Of a stretch of DNA of 64,000 bases, positions 49,190 through 62,874 are shown piece after piece (within the stretch, counting starts at the first letter, position 1; every line of letters begins with the position of its first letter). The position numbers were made by a program, and so were the translations under genes. The stretch is from Octopus vulgaris (Eukaryota). Under the pieces are notes generated by a model that saw only the letters and a program-made list of their open reading frames with translations, ran no database searches and had not been told where the DNA came from. The DNA lies in the NCBI GenBank assembly GCA_951406725.2, contig OX597823.1:33666001-33730000 (forward strand). The letters run 5' to 3'.

Positions 49190-49487
49190 CAGTTCTATAT
49201 TTAAGAGATGAAGAATTATGTACATTATTTACATTATTTACATTTGACAGGCATATGGCGTAGTGGTTAAGAGCGCGGGCTACTAACCCCAAGATTCCAA
49301 GTTCGATTCCAGGCAGTGACCTGAATAATAATAATAATAATAATAACATTGAAAAATACCTGAGGAATGAGAACCCAGGTTCGAAATTTCCCCAAGACAC
49401 CTGATGAAGGCTGGACAGCCAAAATGTTGTGTTAACAACAAACAAGATGAGGATAAATATCCGTCAAATGTAAATAATGTAAATAAT
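49190..49487 (+). mobile_element. Family C: inverted 3' arm + tRNA-like head + hammerhead-like motif
   Basis: Head at 49250-49321 (tggcgtagtgg; gttcgattcc). Motif at 49396-49433 gacac-CTGATGA-a-ggctg-ga-cagcc-aAAA-tgTT-gtgtt. Confidence 0.82.
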
Positions 49488-49554
49488 TTGTTATTTTTAT
49501 GTGATTTTGTAACTTTGAACTCTGTAAATCTTATCATGAAACTTAAATACAACG

Positions 49555-49965
49555 CAGGCGATGGCCATGTGGATATGGAGTTTGCTTTGCAGTTCTGTGG
49601 TTTTAGGTTCAGTTCCACTGCGTGGCACATCAGGTCATACAATATCTCCAGGCCAACAAATGTCTTGTGAGTGACCTTGATAGATGAAAACTGAAAGAAG
49701 CTCTGGCATGCATGTGTATGAATGTGTGTTGTGTGTGCAGTTGTGTTTGTGTGTATGTATATGTATACATGTCATCATGTGTGTGTGTGTGTGTGGTAGC
49801 ATTTGTCTCTCAATTCTTGACTGTTAGTGTTGGTTTATTTACATTCTTGTGATTAGCAGATTCGCAAAACAGACTGTTAGAATAAATATTAAGAACTGGA
49901 GTTGGTTTGATCAACTAGATCCTTCAAAGCAATGCTCCAGCATGGCCAAAGAGAAGAAAAGAATA
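49555..49965 (+). mobile_element. SINE family A, diverged
   Basis: Homology to family A. Confidence 0.7.
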
Positions 49966-50009
49966 ATATATCTATTTCTATTGGGATTTATTTAATAACA
50001 ATAACAACC

Positions 50010-50391
50010 CTTACTACTTTAGACACAAAGCCTGAAATATTGGGGGAGGGGCATAATCAATTTCTTTGACCCAATTGTTTCACTAGTCCTTATTTTGTCA
50101 ACTCAAACAGGATGAATGGCAAAGTCGACCTCAGTGGAATTTGAACTCAGAATGTAAAGATGGATAAATGCTGCTCAGCGTTTTGCATGGCTTTCTAGCG
50201 ATTCTGCCAGTTCCCTACCTTAGTTTCAAAATTTGGTACAAGGCTGGCAATTTTAGGGGAAGGCACATCTTGATTTCACCAACCCCAGTACATGACTGCT
50301 ATTTATTCTATTGATCTCAAATGGATGAAGGACAAAGCTGATCTTGCCAGCATTTTGTCTAGCGCAGTAATGAGTCTGCCAGCTTGTCACC

Positions 50392-50392
<1 letters not shown>
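50010..50392 (-). mobile_element. Two adjacent SINE B copies, diverged
   Basis: About 50010-50220 and 50225-50392. Confidence 0.7.
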
Positions 50393-50427
<35 letters not shown>

Positions 50428-50804
50428 GGCTACAGCAAATATTCTGCTCAGTCCTATAGATTTGCTTGTCAGTTGTTTGAAGTTAACCAGTTTTAAGGCA
50501 GATGATTGACTATGTACAGCTTGTGTTATGAAACATTGTTGATGTGTGTGTGTGTGTGTTTTCACTTGTGTGTTTGTGAGTGTGTATGTGTGTCTGTCCA
50601 TTGACCTTTGTTTTCAAGTAAATGTAGGCAGTTATACACACACACACACATATATGCATATATATATATATGCATGCTAATACAAGACCCACATTAGACT
50701 CCTCACTTGTGTCATTATTGAACCAAGAGTTTAACTACAGTCTGTCCATAACACTTACTTAGCATTACCTGACACTCTTTGGGACTTCTAGACACCAATA
50801 TCAC

Positions 50805-51030
<226 letters not shown>

Positions 51031-51284
51031 GTATGTGTATATGTATGTATGAATGTGTGCATATGTATATATACATATGAATGTATGTGCATGTATTTAT
51101 ATGTAGATATATCATCATTATCATCATCATCATTTTAACATTCACTTCTCCATTATGGAATTTACTGTGGTGGATTTTCTCTGGTCGTGTACCCTTAATA
51201 TAATTCACAGGTAGAAACAATCAGCTTGATAAAGAGTTTGATGAAGCAGTACCTTTTTAATTACAGGTAGACACCACCTGACCT

Positions 51285-51575
51285 GTTTCTTCTCTGCTGA
51301 TTCTCTACTGCTCTCTTCTGCTTCTTTACTCACCTCCTACTGCTTTCCTACTCTTTCTCTACCATTTGGTTTTTTCTCTCTCTAGCTCTTCTCTATTAAT
51401 ATTCCACTCTCACTCCTTCTCTTCTCTTTATCTGCTCCCTCTCTACTGATTCTCTGCTGCTTGTTCTTTCTCCTGTTTCTCTTTACTATCTCTTCCAATT
51501 ATTCTTTTTTCTCCTACTTTCATGCTCTTCCTCCACTGATTCTCTACTGCCATTCTACTGATTCTACACTGTTTC
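51285..51575. repeat. Low-complexity pyrimidine-rich tract with ctctactgattct motifs
   Basis: Directly visible. Confidence 0.7.
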
Positions 51576-52191
51576 ACTTCAAGCTTATTTATCTGTTCAA
51601 GTCATTGCACTGTTAAATAATCTGCTTTTACTGTGTATTTCTTTACAACCATAAAAAGATAATATCAATACTAGTGAAGTAGCAGATTAAATAGACACAA
51701 AATGAAAACAAACTGTGGCTTAACTTCTTATATTTTGTTGATTCCATAAAATGACTAGCTTTAGCTGAGAAATGCTTTAATATTCTAAATTTCTTTTTGA
51801 GTCATTTTGTGGTTAACATGAACGCATACAATCAGAAACTTAACAAATTTTATGCCAACTTTGAATTGCAACTGTCAAAAATCTCTTATCTTACAAATAT
51901 TTAGATTTTTGAATAAAATTTTTTCTACATTAAATTTTGGAATTAGATTTGCTATAACATGTGTGGATCCATATTTTCATATCAACCTGTCTCTTTCAAG
52001 ATCATAAATATAAGCTGTTGTGACTGGATCAGTTATTTTGCATTTAGTGGAAAGTAATTTCCAGTTAAGAGTAATCTGGTTTCCATTCTTGGTTGCTGCG
52101 ACTTCAAATCATATATGCTGTTAATCTCTCTTTGAAAAGACATTAATGCCAGACTTTATAATCAACTCCAGCTAAAACTCTCTCATTTTAA

Positions 52192-52402
52192 CCCTGAAGC
52201 TTATAAACCAGCCATGTCCACCTAAATACCGTTTTATGCTCCAGCCGTCCAGATCCAGCCTCTCGCACTAATCCTACAATGTCGTTCTATAAATAAACAC
52301 TAACATCATCAAAATCTCAATGCTACAAGATAATGCATAATTAATTTGAAACACTGAGAATTAATTTGAAGCACTTGACAGAATAATATGAATGCTAAAG
52401 GG
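52192..52402. mobile_element. piggyBac-like non-autonomous element, 211 bp
   Basis: TTAA|CCCTgaagc ... gctaaAGGG|TTAA termini. Confidence 0.6.
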
Positions 52403-53479
52403 TTAAACTTACTTCCATACTCCCACGTTAGTTTGGTCATGATGGTTTATTGGGATGGTGCTTAACTGATGTATATCAAACTTAACAACACATTCCAATC
52501 TCTGGCCTCTCTCTCTCTCTCTCCCCTCAATCTGTTTTTTCTACTACTACTACAGTGGCCAATGTTCCTCAGAACTGGCTGATCTCATGACACCCCTTCA
52601 TCCGGGCTCATCTAATTCCCTTATGAATCAGGTTATTTTCTTCTTCCTAATTTTCTTTGAGGTTGGAAGTGATGGACCCTCTGTGTACACTAGCATCCAA
52701 TCAAAACCATTCCTCACTAACACTTTTTTGGAATGGGATGCAGCTCTGTTGAAAATATCTCTGAGGTTTCATCTCTCCTGCTTCTTCTTATTCCCTCTAC
52801 TGACTTCTCTGCTTTCATAAAAATATGAAACTGGCAGAATTGTTGGCAAAAATGCTCTTTCCATTTTGAGTTCAAATCCGGTTGCCTCTCATCCATTTCA
52901 GGATCAACAACGATTGATGGTATTGATTAATCCCTTCTTTTGAAATTGATTGATTCGTGCCGATATTGGAAACATTCCTTTTTAAGGTTATCAAATATTC
53001 TACGTTTTGTATCCAAGACATCAGATATAAACAATGAGATTGAACGTGAAAAATGTGTACTGTGCATGTATGCCATATTTCATGGGGTTCTACCCCCTCA
53101 TCAGCTCCCATTTAACCCATTAATCATCCTCAAACACATTACTTAGCCACAATACATATAGCAGTGTATAGTTACTGGAGATACCAGTTTAACGTATCAA
53201 ATGCATTCCTGAAAGCTGGTACATAAATACCATTTTCATCTTCGATCCCATTATTTGTTTACATCTGGCATAGTAACAAAAACAAGTGCTGGCTCTAATT
53301 TATAGAATATTTGTAGAGATAACTTTAAGAAATGTAAAAACGCACAGCTAACACAGGAGGACATGGTATTGACTTATAAAACAGTTGAATATATTTTATT
53401 GTATATTAGGGTTGTATAACAAAATACTGTGTACCTACAAGTCATTAGTATAGTGAAAGCAGTTATTTAATAGGAGGAC

Positions 53480-54340
53480 CAATGAGTTCTTAGTACTCTC
53501 CCGCTTTACTGACATCAAATTTGCTTAATGTTGAGTTTAAACTTTGGGTGTTGTTGTCTGTAAGATATGAGTAATGAAACTGTTCTAGAGGGGAGGAAGG
53601 ATCAGATAATCTGGCAAAAAGGGGCTTAGTGTCAGGAAAGCAATCTGGATGTTGGATACTATCTCCAGTGCCTCGTCTAACTCATGTCATCATGTTGTGT
53701 CTTCTTCTGTTCTCATCTGTTCTGTGCTGTCCGCATTTCTGTTCAGTATCACAACGATCTTTCCTGGTGAGTCAAACTGCTGCAGTCTCCCAAATTGCAC
53801 TGTTTTTACTTCTAAAGTGTTTGCACGGTACTGACACTTCACATGCAGCACAGATTGCACTGAGGATATTTTGAAAAACAGTATTGATGTCCCCTGAATT
53901 GTAAAATTCAAACCAGTTTCGGTGTGGTAATTCCTTACGGTAGCAATTCCAGTCTGTTTTGTTCCAGTCAAAGCGAGTGGTTTGAAGGTGGTGGTGCTTC
54001 TTGTTTCTGCCTATAAGAGACAGAGTGGCAATGGTCATAGCATGATTGGAGTCGCCTAGAGGTTCCTTCATCGTAACACCGATAACAGTTTCAGGAGTGA
54101 TGGTTAAGAGCAGGTCCAAGGTATTATTATCTCTTGTGTGGGGAGGTGACTACTTGGGACCAGTTTGCATTCAGTATTACACCAAGGAAATCTCCTGCAC
54201 TTTGCAGCCAACAAAAAGTTTTCCATTAAATTTCAGGGTAGTTGAAGTCACCAGCAATGAAAATATGAGTGGTTGTTATATATATAGAACAACTAGCGCT
54301 GTTGGTGTTCTAACACCAGCTGTGTGGCCAGAATAGACAC
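53480..54340 (-). mobile_element. CR1/L2/Jockey-group LINE ORF2 remnant (APE endonuclease C-terminus and linker)
   Basis: DNNTLDLLLT..PLGDSNHAM (SDH motif), FDWNKTDWNCYRKEL, ICAACEVSVP. Confidence 0.75.
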
Positions 54341-55582
54341 AGAAGATTGAACCTAGATGCATACGCATAAGACAAAGAAAATGTATGGAGTTCCTGGAAG
54401 TAGATGCCAAATGGAAAAAATATTAAATGTGTAACTAAGAAAAAAAACTCAGAAAAGGGAGATGGGGATTATATAAAAAGTATCGCTATTAAAAGAAATA
54501 AAATGACACTCTCTAATAAAAAAAGAGAAACTTAAAAGGGGAGATGTTGTGGGGATAATAGTAATAATAGTACATCCCTCCCACGTGACAAGTGGTATGT
54601 GCTAGTCATTATAAATAAGGTGATGTCGGTCAGTATAGGAAGAGAGTACAAAGTAGACGGTCAAAGACAGTTGTAGCCTTACTTGTGTAACTAACTATAC
54701 TGCTAATATAGTTTTTGCAAGGAAGTGAACATTTGTGAAAAAATCTTTTTTCAAAGTCAAAAATGCCGTAAATATTACTCGTTGTGTCCCACCTACTCCT
54801 ACTGGAAACTGGAAAAACAGACTTTCAGAAATAGCTGTTTGAGTTTTCCTGTTTCTATCAGGATTTCCCTCAACATTTTTTTTCACACATTGCAAAACAA
54901 TGAAGAGAAACCGTTTTAAAAGAAGAAGAATCCATGTCTTTTATATGTTGGTGGCTTTACACCCCTCCTCCCATCAAATGTTTGGAACAGCAATAATTGC
55001 AAAAATGATTTCTTTTACGTAATTTTCTGTCATGTTATCTGATTCCACATGCTGAAACATTTGTAACTTGCATTAAAAGTACAAAAATCTTACCCCTTCT
55101 TCCCCACTTCTTTGTACTTTTCCCAATAAAAGAAAATTCAAATACTGCAAGTGGATGTGTGGAAAACAAAATTTGAATTTTGAAAAATGTACCTAAAAGT
55201 GACATTTTTAGTCATTATTTAAACCTTTTCTGCTAATCCATCAAATTCACTTACATGAAATAGATGGGTTTTGAGATTTAAATTTAGTAATTTTCTAAGA
55301 TTTTACTTCTTGTATATAAGGGGACCACCAAACTTGAAGTGCCACAGGCCCCTCATAGTTTAAACCTGGTCCTGTTCACTGCCATGTAGTTCATAATGTT
55401 TTGCTCTTATTGCTGCCTCTTTCTCCGAGCCAAATCTCACTTCCATAGTCCCAATTTTTTTACCCCTGGCTACATAAGTTTTACTGCTCCAGACTGGACG
55501 CAGGCATTTTTCTACTTGCTGCTGTGTAACCTCTTCTACTTTCCGGTTCTTTGTGCCAATCACTTTGTATATAATCATCCTC

Positions 55583-55767
55583 AAATTTCGTCTGCCATTA
55601 CGTTCTAAGTTCAAATTCCGTCGAGGTCGACTTTGCCTTTCATCCTTTCGGGGTCGATTAAATAAGTTCCAATTACACACTGGGGTCGATGTAATCGACT
55701 TAATCTGTTTGTCTGTCCTTGTTTGTCCTCTCTGTGTTTAGCCCCTTGTGGGTAGTAAAGAAATAGG
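55583..55767 (+). mobile_element. SINE family B, 5'-truncated, young
   Basis: Homology to family B; CpGs retained. Confidence 0.88.
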
Positions 55768-56024
55768 TGTGGTACACTCGGAAATTTCATTCCCCCCACC
55801 TCCTGCAATCATTGGAAAATACTTTTTTTGTTGTTGAATGAATTACGGTGACCTCCTAATATGCCACAAAACACATTTTTGTCTGGAAAATGGGTTGCGG
55901 GATTAACCCCTAGGAAATTTCACCCCCTCTCTTTCATAGAAGGCTCTTTCTTTCTTACTTTATCCATAGTCTCTCATCACTCTTTCTCTGTCTTTCCCTC
56001 TCTCTCTCTTTCTGTTTCTCTTTC

Positions 56025-56222
56025 ACAAGGACAGCAATTTTGGGGGAGGAGAGGAGTCGATTAGATCGACCCCAGTGCATAACTGGTACTTATTTTATCG
56101 ATCCTGAAAGGATGAAAGGCGAAGTTGATCCTGGTGGAATTTGAATTGAGAGCGTAAAGATGGATGAAAAGCCATTAAGTATTTTGACTGGCATGCTAAC
56201 GATTCTGCCTGCTCACTGCCTC
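56025..56222 (-). mobile_element. SINE family B
   Basis: Homology to family B. Confidence 0.85.
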
Positions 56223-56236
56223 AATAATAAGAAACA

Positions 56237-56535
56237 ATCGATGGACTCTCCCATCGAAGACAACGTATGAGAGTTCAGTTTTTGTTGAACAACCTGCACA
56301 AATGAATTACCTATAGCGATCAAATGAATGAGCTGTGTATTAGCTTACTTCCTCCATCTTATTGATATTACCTGTACAGGTGCACAAGTGTACCACACGT
56401 CAGGTGTCGAAAATGATTGTAGAACAACATAAAATAAAGTGCTTTGCTCAAGAACACAATGTGCTGCTGGGTATAGGAATTGAACCCATGATATAGCGAT
56501 TGTGAGTGCAATACCCAAACCACTTGGCCATGCAC
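56237..56535 (-). mobile_element. SINE family F
   Basis: gtgctttgctcaagaacacaatg...ggaattgaacccatg...ccacttggcca. Confidence 0.7.
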
Positions 56536-56967
56536 ATTCCCCAAATGATTACCACCCTCGTAATCATTTTCCTTTCTTTCTTTTTTTCACATGATTTTAT
56601 TTGATTTTGTAAATGAACCATCTGGTGTGTTTATTTCCATGGCCTATCAATGTCTACAGTGATAAGTCATTAAAATAGGTGTCGGGAAGACACTCAGCAA
56701 GAAATGGAAACAAAATTGAAAGAAGAAAAAGAAAAGATAATAATTCTTTCTTTATTGACCTCAAGGTCCATGCACAAAACAAACCCCAACCCTAACCCAA
56801 AGGACGATATAACACAAAGGACCCTGGGCATTTACAACTAGTGCATTTATACATAAAGCATGTGTGAGTGCTGAATGTAGGGTTTGAGTGTATATAATGC
56901 ATGTCTATTGTATATAGTTTATGAATGTTGTATTGTATATAGTATGTATATACTGTGCATGTGTATG

Positions 56968-57022
<55 letters not shown>

Positions 57023-57275
57023 TGGAGTAATGGTGCTAAGCAGTGTTTACGTATAATCACAATTTAGGTTAGTTGAATTATGTGTCACATATTTCAGCTG
57101 CTAAAGGCAAATACATTGCATTTATCGTGGAGAAAAAAATCTCTCTTTTTACCATAAGAGAGAATTTTTTCTCCATGGTAACTGCAGTGTATTTGCCTCT
57201 AGCAGTTGAAATGTGTGACAAACATATTTCAACTAACCTAAATTGTGATATATATATATATCACAATTTACATTA

Positions 57276-57328
<53 letters not shown>

Positions 57329-57332
<4 letters not shown>

Positions 57333-57523
57333 TCGCCATGATTGACCTCTAGCTCCAAAAGTTTTTTTTATTCTCTCACTGTTTATTTTCTCATGCTCCT
57401 TTCTGTTGAAGAGCGTAGGCTCAAAATGTAAAAAACTTTCTCACCTTCCCGAGAGTCAAACTAATACACCTGCTTGTTGTTTATACACTTGTCTTCGTCT
57501 TGTTTTCCTGTAAATTTTAACTA
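57329..57523 (+). mobile_element. Family D repeat
   Basis: 57399-57434 cttt-CTGTTGA-a-gagc-gtag-gctc-aAAA-tgTA-aaaa; (TA)n flanks. Confidence 0.72.
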
Positions 57524-57529
57524 TACACA

Positions 57530-57583
<54 letters not shown>

Positions 57584-57584
<1 letters not shown>

Positions 57585-58327
57585 CATGGGCTGTGACTGC
57601 AGAAGACATGCGTAGACTTGAAAGAAATGAAGCTAGCATGATCCGCTGGATGTGTAGTGTCAGTGTGCACGCAAGACAGAGTGTAAGCATCCTGAGAGAA
57701 ATGCTGGATATAAGAAGCATCAGATGTGGTGTGCAAGAGCGACGCTTGCGATGGTATGGTCATGTGCTGCGGATGGATGAAGAGAGATGTGTGAAGAAGT
57801 GCCATTCCCAAACAGTTGAAGGTATCAGGGGGAGAGGTAGACCCAGGAAGACATGGGATGAGGTAGTCAAGCATGATCTCAGAGCATTGGGCCTCACTGA
57901 GGCAATGGCGAAGGACCGAGATCTCTGGAGATATGCTGTGACTACAAAGACCCGGGCTGCTTTCTGCAGCAATTCCACATACCCCCTACCCATTCTAAGT
58001 ACCCCAGATCCCCAAAGTACCCTGGATCCCCAAAGTACCCCGATCCCCAAAGTACCCCGGACCTTGTTGCCCCCGTGCCGCTGACACGTTAAAAGCTCGA
58101 ACCAATCGTGACCGATGCCGGACCCTCCGGCCCCTGTGCAGGTGGCACGTAAAAAGCACCCAATCCACTCACGGAGTGGTTGGCGTTAGGAAGGGCATCC
58201 AGCCGTAGAAACTCTGCCAGATTCAGACTGGAGCCTGGAGCGGCCCCTGGCTTCCCAGACCCGGTCGAACCGTCCAACCCGTGCTAGCGCGGAAAGCGGA
58301 CGTTAAACGATGATGATGATGATGATG

Positions 58328-58329
<2 letters not shown>
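57584..58329 (+). mobile_element. Young 5'-truncated RTE LINE (ORF C-terminus, 3' UTR and (GAT)n tail)
   Basis: Stop-free ERNEASMIRWMC..RRLRWYGHVLRMDEERCVKKC..VEGIRGRGRPRKTWDEVVKHDL..DRDLWR. Four copies of a 17-18-bp repeat at about 57996-58063. CpGs retained. Confidence 0.93.
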
Positions 58330-58374
<45 letters not shown>

Positions 58375-58400
58375 CAACAGTAATATGGTGGTGTAATAAC

Positions 58401-58801
58401 ACTCTTTACTCTTTTACCTGTTTCAGTCATGTGACTGTGGCCATGCTGGAGCACCGCCTTTAGTCGAGCAAATTGACCCCAGGACTTATTCTTTGTAAGC
58501 CTTGTACTTATTCTATCGGTCTCTTTTGCCAAACCGCTAGGTTACGGGGACATAAACACACCAGCATCGGTTGTTAAGCGATGTTGAGGGGACAAACACA
58601 GACACACAAACAAATGTATATATACATATACATACATACGATGGGCTTCTTTCAGTTTCCATCTACCAAATCCACTCACAAGGCTTTGGTCGGCCCATGG
58701 CTATAGTAGAAGACTCTTGCCGAAGGTGCCACGCAGTGGGACTGAACCCAGAACCATGTTGTTGGGAAGCCAGCTACTTACCACACAGCCACTCCTGCAC
58801 C
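58401..58801 (-). mobile_element. SINE family A, full length
   Basis: Homology to family A, including the head. Confidence 0.92.
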
Positions 58802-59342
58802 TATATTCAATTCCTTTTCATTTTATATAATGTAGGGAAGTTAAGGTTTTATATATATATGTCGTCTATAGTATGTGTATGTTACTGTATACAGTAATTG
58901 TGTGTGTTTGTACATTGTACACAAGATGTGTATAGTAAGTGCATAGTGTATAGCACATGTGTACATGTGTGATGTATACATACATGTATATATATATATA
59001 TATATCATTTGTACTTCTGCTGCTACCGTAGCAACCACAATAATCACCATAACACCAACAATTGTAACAACACCAGCAACAGCAGCTGGAACAGTAAACA
59101 CAACTACCACTATCACCACCACCACAACAACAACAAAAACCATGACAACCACCACCACCACCACCTGAACAACCACCCCAGCTACAACACAACACCAAAA
59201 ATCACAACATAGCTGATAATTTGATTATTTCCCAAACACATTTCTCTCTCTCTGTCCTTAACAAGAGAACATTTCAAGATTACTAATTAGATATTAGCAT
59301 ATTATATTTATCTATGTGTCACTGGCAGATAATATTACATCC

Positions 59343-59378
<36 letters not shown>

Positions 59379-59434
59379 ATGTGCACACACACACACACCT
59401 ACAGATTTATGAATGCAGGTATATACATATATAT

Positions 59435-59492
<58 letters not shown>

Positions 59493-59767
59493 GAGAGAGA
59501 GAGAGAGAGAGAGAGTGTATAAGTGCACAATGAATGTAAACAAAACATTACCTTTCATAAGAAGGGCACCATTTGTTTGGAATCCTCTGTGAAAGAATGT
59601 CCAGTGCTTGTTGTTAAACAAGAGAAAGTATTGCCTTATTTGGAAATGGGGGTGGGGTGGATAAGAAGATGCTCCAGACTAAGAAAAGTCTGCTTCAAAA
59701 CATAGAAAATTGATGATCACATATACCTACCTACCTACCTACCTACCTACCTACATACATACATACA

Positions 59768-59803
<36 letters not shown>

Positions 59804-59841
59804 CACCACATATCTATATCTATATACACACCATATATTTT

Positions 59842-59897
<56 letters not shown>

Positions 59898-59934
59898 ATA
59901 TATATATGTATACACACACACGTGTATATATATA

Positions 59935-60416
59935 TTGTGTGATCTCATAGATAATGCAGTGTTTTCAATTGCACGAACTAAAAGTCAGCAACTAAAAGCA
60001 TCAACTTGCTATAAAAACAGGTAGTAATTTTACATTGTACTTATTCTTAGTGCAAGTTTTAAAGAGTGCAGTTCGATTTTAACAGTTATTTTTTCAAAGC
60101 TATAATGGAAGTGACAAAGGAGCTTATTCAGCATATTTTGCTTTATGAGTTCAATAAAGACAACAATGCAATGGAAAGTGTGAGGAATATTAATGAAGTA
60201 TATAGGTATTAGATTATAAGCATAAGTCAGTGTTCACGGTGGTTTCAGAAATTCTGAGCTGGAAATTACAGCCTAGAAGATGAGCCTCATCCTGGAAGAT
60301 CTGTAGAGCTCAACGAGGATGTCCTACAAATCCTGGTGGAACAAAATCACATCGTAATTGTTGAGGAACTAGCAGAGAAGCTTGGATTTGGTCATTCAAC
60401 CAGTCATTGACACCTC
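59935..60416 (+). mobile_element. mariner transposon 5' remnant (TIR and HTH region), pseudogenised
   Basis: From 60105: MEVTKELIQHILLYEFNK..RNINEVY..RWFQKF*AGNYSLEDEPHPGRS..EELAEKLG, the mariner DNA-binding domain. Starts after TA. Confidence 0.85.
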
Positions 60417-61041
60417 ACACACATAGATATACCCACATATATAAACACTCACACACCTAAATATACCCATGTATGTAAACAGGGGAGCTTGTTCCTCTTT
60501 CTGTCTACCTAATCCACTCCCACGACTTTGGTTGGCCCAGGGCTATAATATAAGACACTTGCCCAAGGTGCCTCATGTGAGATGACTTAGACAGGAAGCT
60601 TGCTTCTTCACCACACAGCCATGCTTGTGCATATGTGTGTGTGTGTGGCCTTGTCTTGATATCATGTGATGGTTGTAAATGAGCATCATTGTTATACAAG
60701 TGAGGTTGTTTTTTTCCAGCTTTCTATGAAAAACCTTTCTAGCAATGGGAAAATATTGTATTGCTTAGAAACAGGTGAAGGTTGGTAACAAGAAAGGCAC
60801 CTGGCCATAGAATATCTGCCTCATCAAATTCCATCTGACCTGTGCTAGAGTGGAAAAGTGGACATTAAATAATGATCGTGAGGATAAATACACAACAGGC
60901 TTCTTTCAGTTTCCCTCTACTAGATTCACTGCCAAGCTTTGGTTAGATCAAGGCTATAGTAGAAGACACTTACCCAGTCTGCTGTGCAGTGAGACCGACC
61001 CTGAAGCCATGTGGTTAAGAAATGAATTTCATTTGTGTCTA

Positions 61042-61960
61042 TCATCATCATCACCAACATCATTTAATGTCTGATTTTCATGCTGGCATGAGTTAGGCAA
61101 TGTAACTGGAGCTGGTAAGCCAGAGAATTACATCAGGTGCCTGTGGGCTGTTTTGGTTTGGTTTCTATAGCTGAGTGCTCTTCCTAATGCCAACCACTTT
61201 ACAGAATGTATTGGGAGTCTTTTACATGTCACCAGCACTAGCCACAGCCATGATCTCATCTAGCATGATGTGTCTTCTCAGTCACTTGACATCACTTCTG
61301 TGAGACTCAACAACCAAGTTCATAATTCGCCACCTCCTCTCATTACTTCTTAGGTCTACCTCTTCCACAGGTTCCTTTCATAGTTAGAGATTGGCATTTC
61401 TTTATAGAGTTGTCCTTGTCCACACACATCACATGTCCATACCAGATCAGTCTTCTCTCTTGCACATTACATCTGATGTCACTTATACCTAATTTTTCTC
61501 TCAAGATGCTTACACTCTGTCATTTGTGCATACTGACACTGTACATCTAGCAGATGAGCATACTAGCTTCATTTCTTTCAAGCCTTCACATGTCCTCTGC
61601 AACTACATCCCATGTTTCACTGCTATGTGGCATTGTTGTTCATACACAGGCATCATACAATTTGCCTTTCACTCTGAGAGAGAGGCCCTTTGTTACCAGC
61701 AAAGGCAGAAGCTCTCTGAACTTTACCCAGCCAGTTCTTATTTTAGCAGCTACACTCTTAGAGCATCCTCCTCCACTCTTTTGGTCTTCTTGGTAATGGA
61801 AGCCATCAACTACTTCTCAGAATCTCTCCAGTCATTTGAAGAGGTCTCCTATTTTCCATACATTCCTAGTGTTTCTTGCACCTGCACATCACAAAGACCA
61901 CCTTTTACGTTAACCTCCCCATAGCTTGCACCTGATATCTATAGATTTTAGCCAATACTG
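61042..61960 (-). mobile_element. Decayed RTE LINE 3' portion (same family as 57584)
   Basis: Minus strand encodes GWVKFRELLPLLVTKGLSLRVKGKLYDACV..SETWDVVAEDM*RLERNEASML...WYGHVM; (CAT)n at the left end. Confidence 0.85.
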
Positions 61961-62582
61961 TAGGTAACAGATAAATACTTTGCCTTTATATGTACAATAT
62001 CTTCCTGGATAGACAAAGATGGCTCATCAACACTAGTCTCAATTCTGTGTTGAGGTATTTCATCTGCCACTGAATACTCTTTAACACTGTCCACATAAGC
62101 ATTGCTCGTAAATCAACAGCAGCTAAGGACTTCAGTAAATCACTTCAACCAATTTGCATATTATAATACATTCTGGGCTGCTTGTTCAATGAATAAATTA
62201 CTGAGCATTAATAGTATTTTGCTTCAAGCCAATTCAATTTAGTTTTCAGTTTATATTATTTTATTATCTTTCTTTTCTTATTTCTTTTTTAGTTGTTACT
62301 CTTGTATTTTATATCAACTACTGTAAATATATGAAGCAATTATTGTTACTTAATTATATTTTATTAAATATTTAGGTCTATCAATATTGTTTCACACGTA
62401 TGTTTATTAATATTATTTCCCACGTTTATAACCTACAATGCTATACTTTGAACGTTAAGTTAAAAATTATCCAGAAGTAAATGAAATAATCTACTTATGA
62501 CACAAGTTAATATAATGTTGTTACAAGTAAACTAAGCATTTTAAAATTCACTTGATTATGTTTTCTACTACAGAATTTATTG

Positions 62583-62735
62583 TAGGTTGTGTGGTTAAGG
62601 TGTTTGTTTCCCAGCCACATGACTTCAGGTTCAGCACCACCTTGTGGCACCTTGGGCAAGTGTCATGTACTATGGCTCTCAAACTTACCAAAGCTGTGTG
62701 AGTGAATTTGGCACACAGAAACTGAAAGTAGCCCA
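62583..62735 (+). mobile_element. SINE family A, 5' half
   Basis: gtggcaccttgggcaagtgtc. Confidence 0.75.
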
Positions 62736-62758
62736 TTGTATGTGTGTGTATGTGTGTA

Positions 62759-62798
<40 letters not shown>

Positions 62799-62874
62799 TG
62801 TGTATGCGTGTGTATGCGTGTGTGTGTATGTGTGTGTGTATATGTATGTATATTGACATATATATATATATATA

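Noticed and set aside
49250-49321. Functional tRNA gene
   Set aside because: Boxes A and B are present but the acceptor and T stems pair poorly, and it is embedded in a repeat. Treated as a tRNA-derived head.
53062-53109. Minus-strand CTGATGA-ggggg-tagaa-cccc-at-GAAA hammerhead-like motif
   Set aside because: The core and stem II are suggestive, but no downstream strand pairs with upstream ggag to form stem I. It could be a decayed relic but is unsupported.
55360-55580. Minus-strand peptide possibly from a LINE ORF1 (similar doubt for about 39620-40200)
   Set aside because: No diagnostic motif; it cannot be classified without a search.
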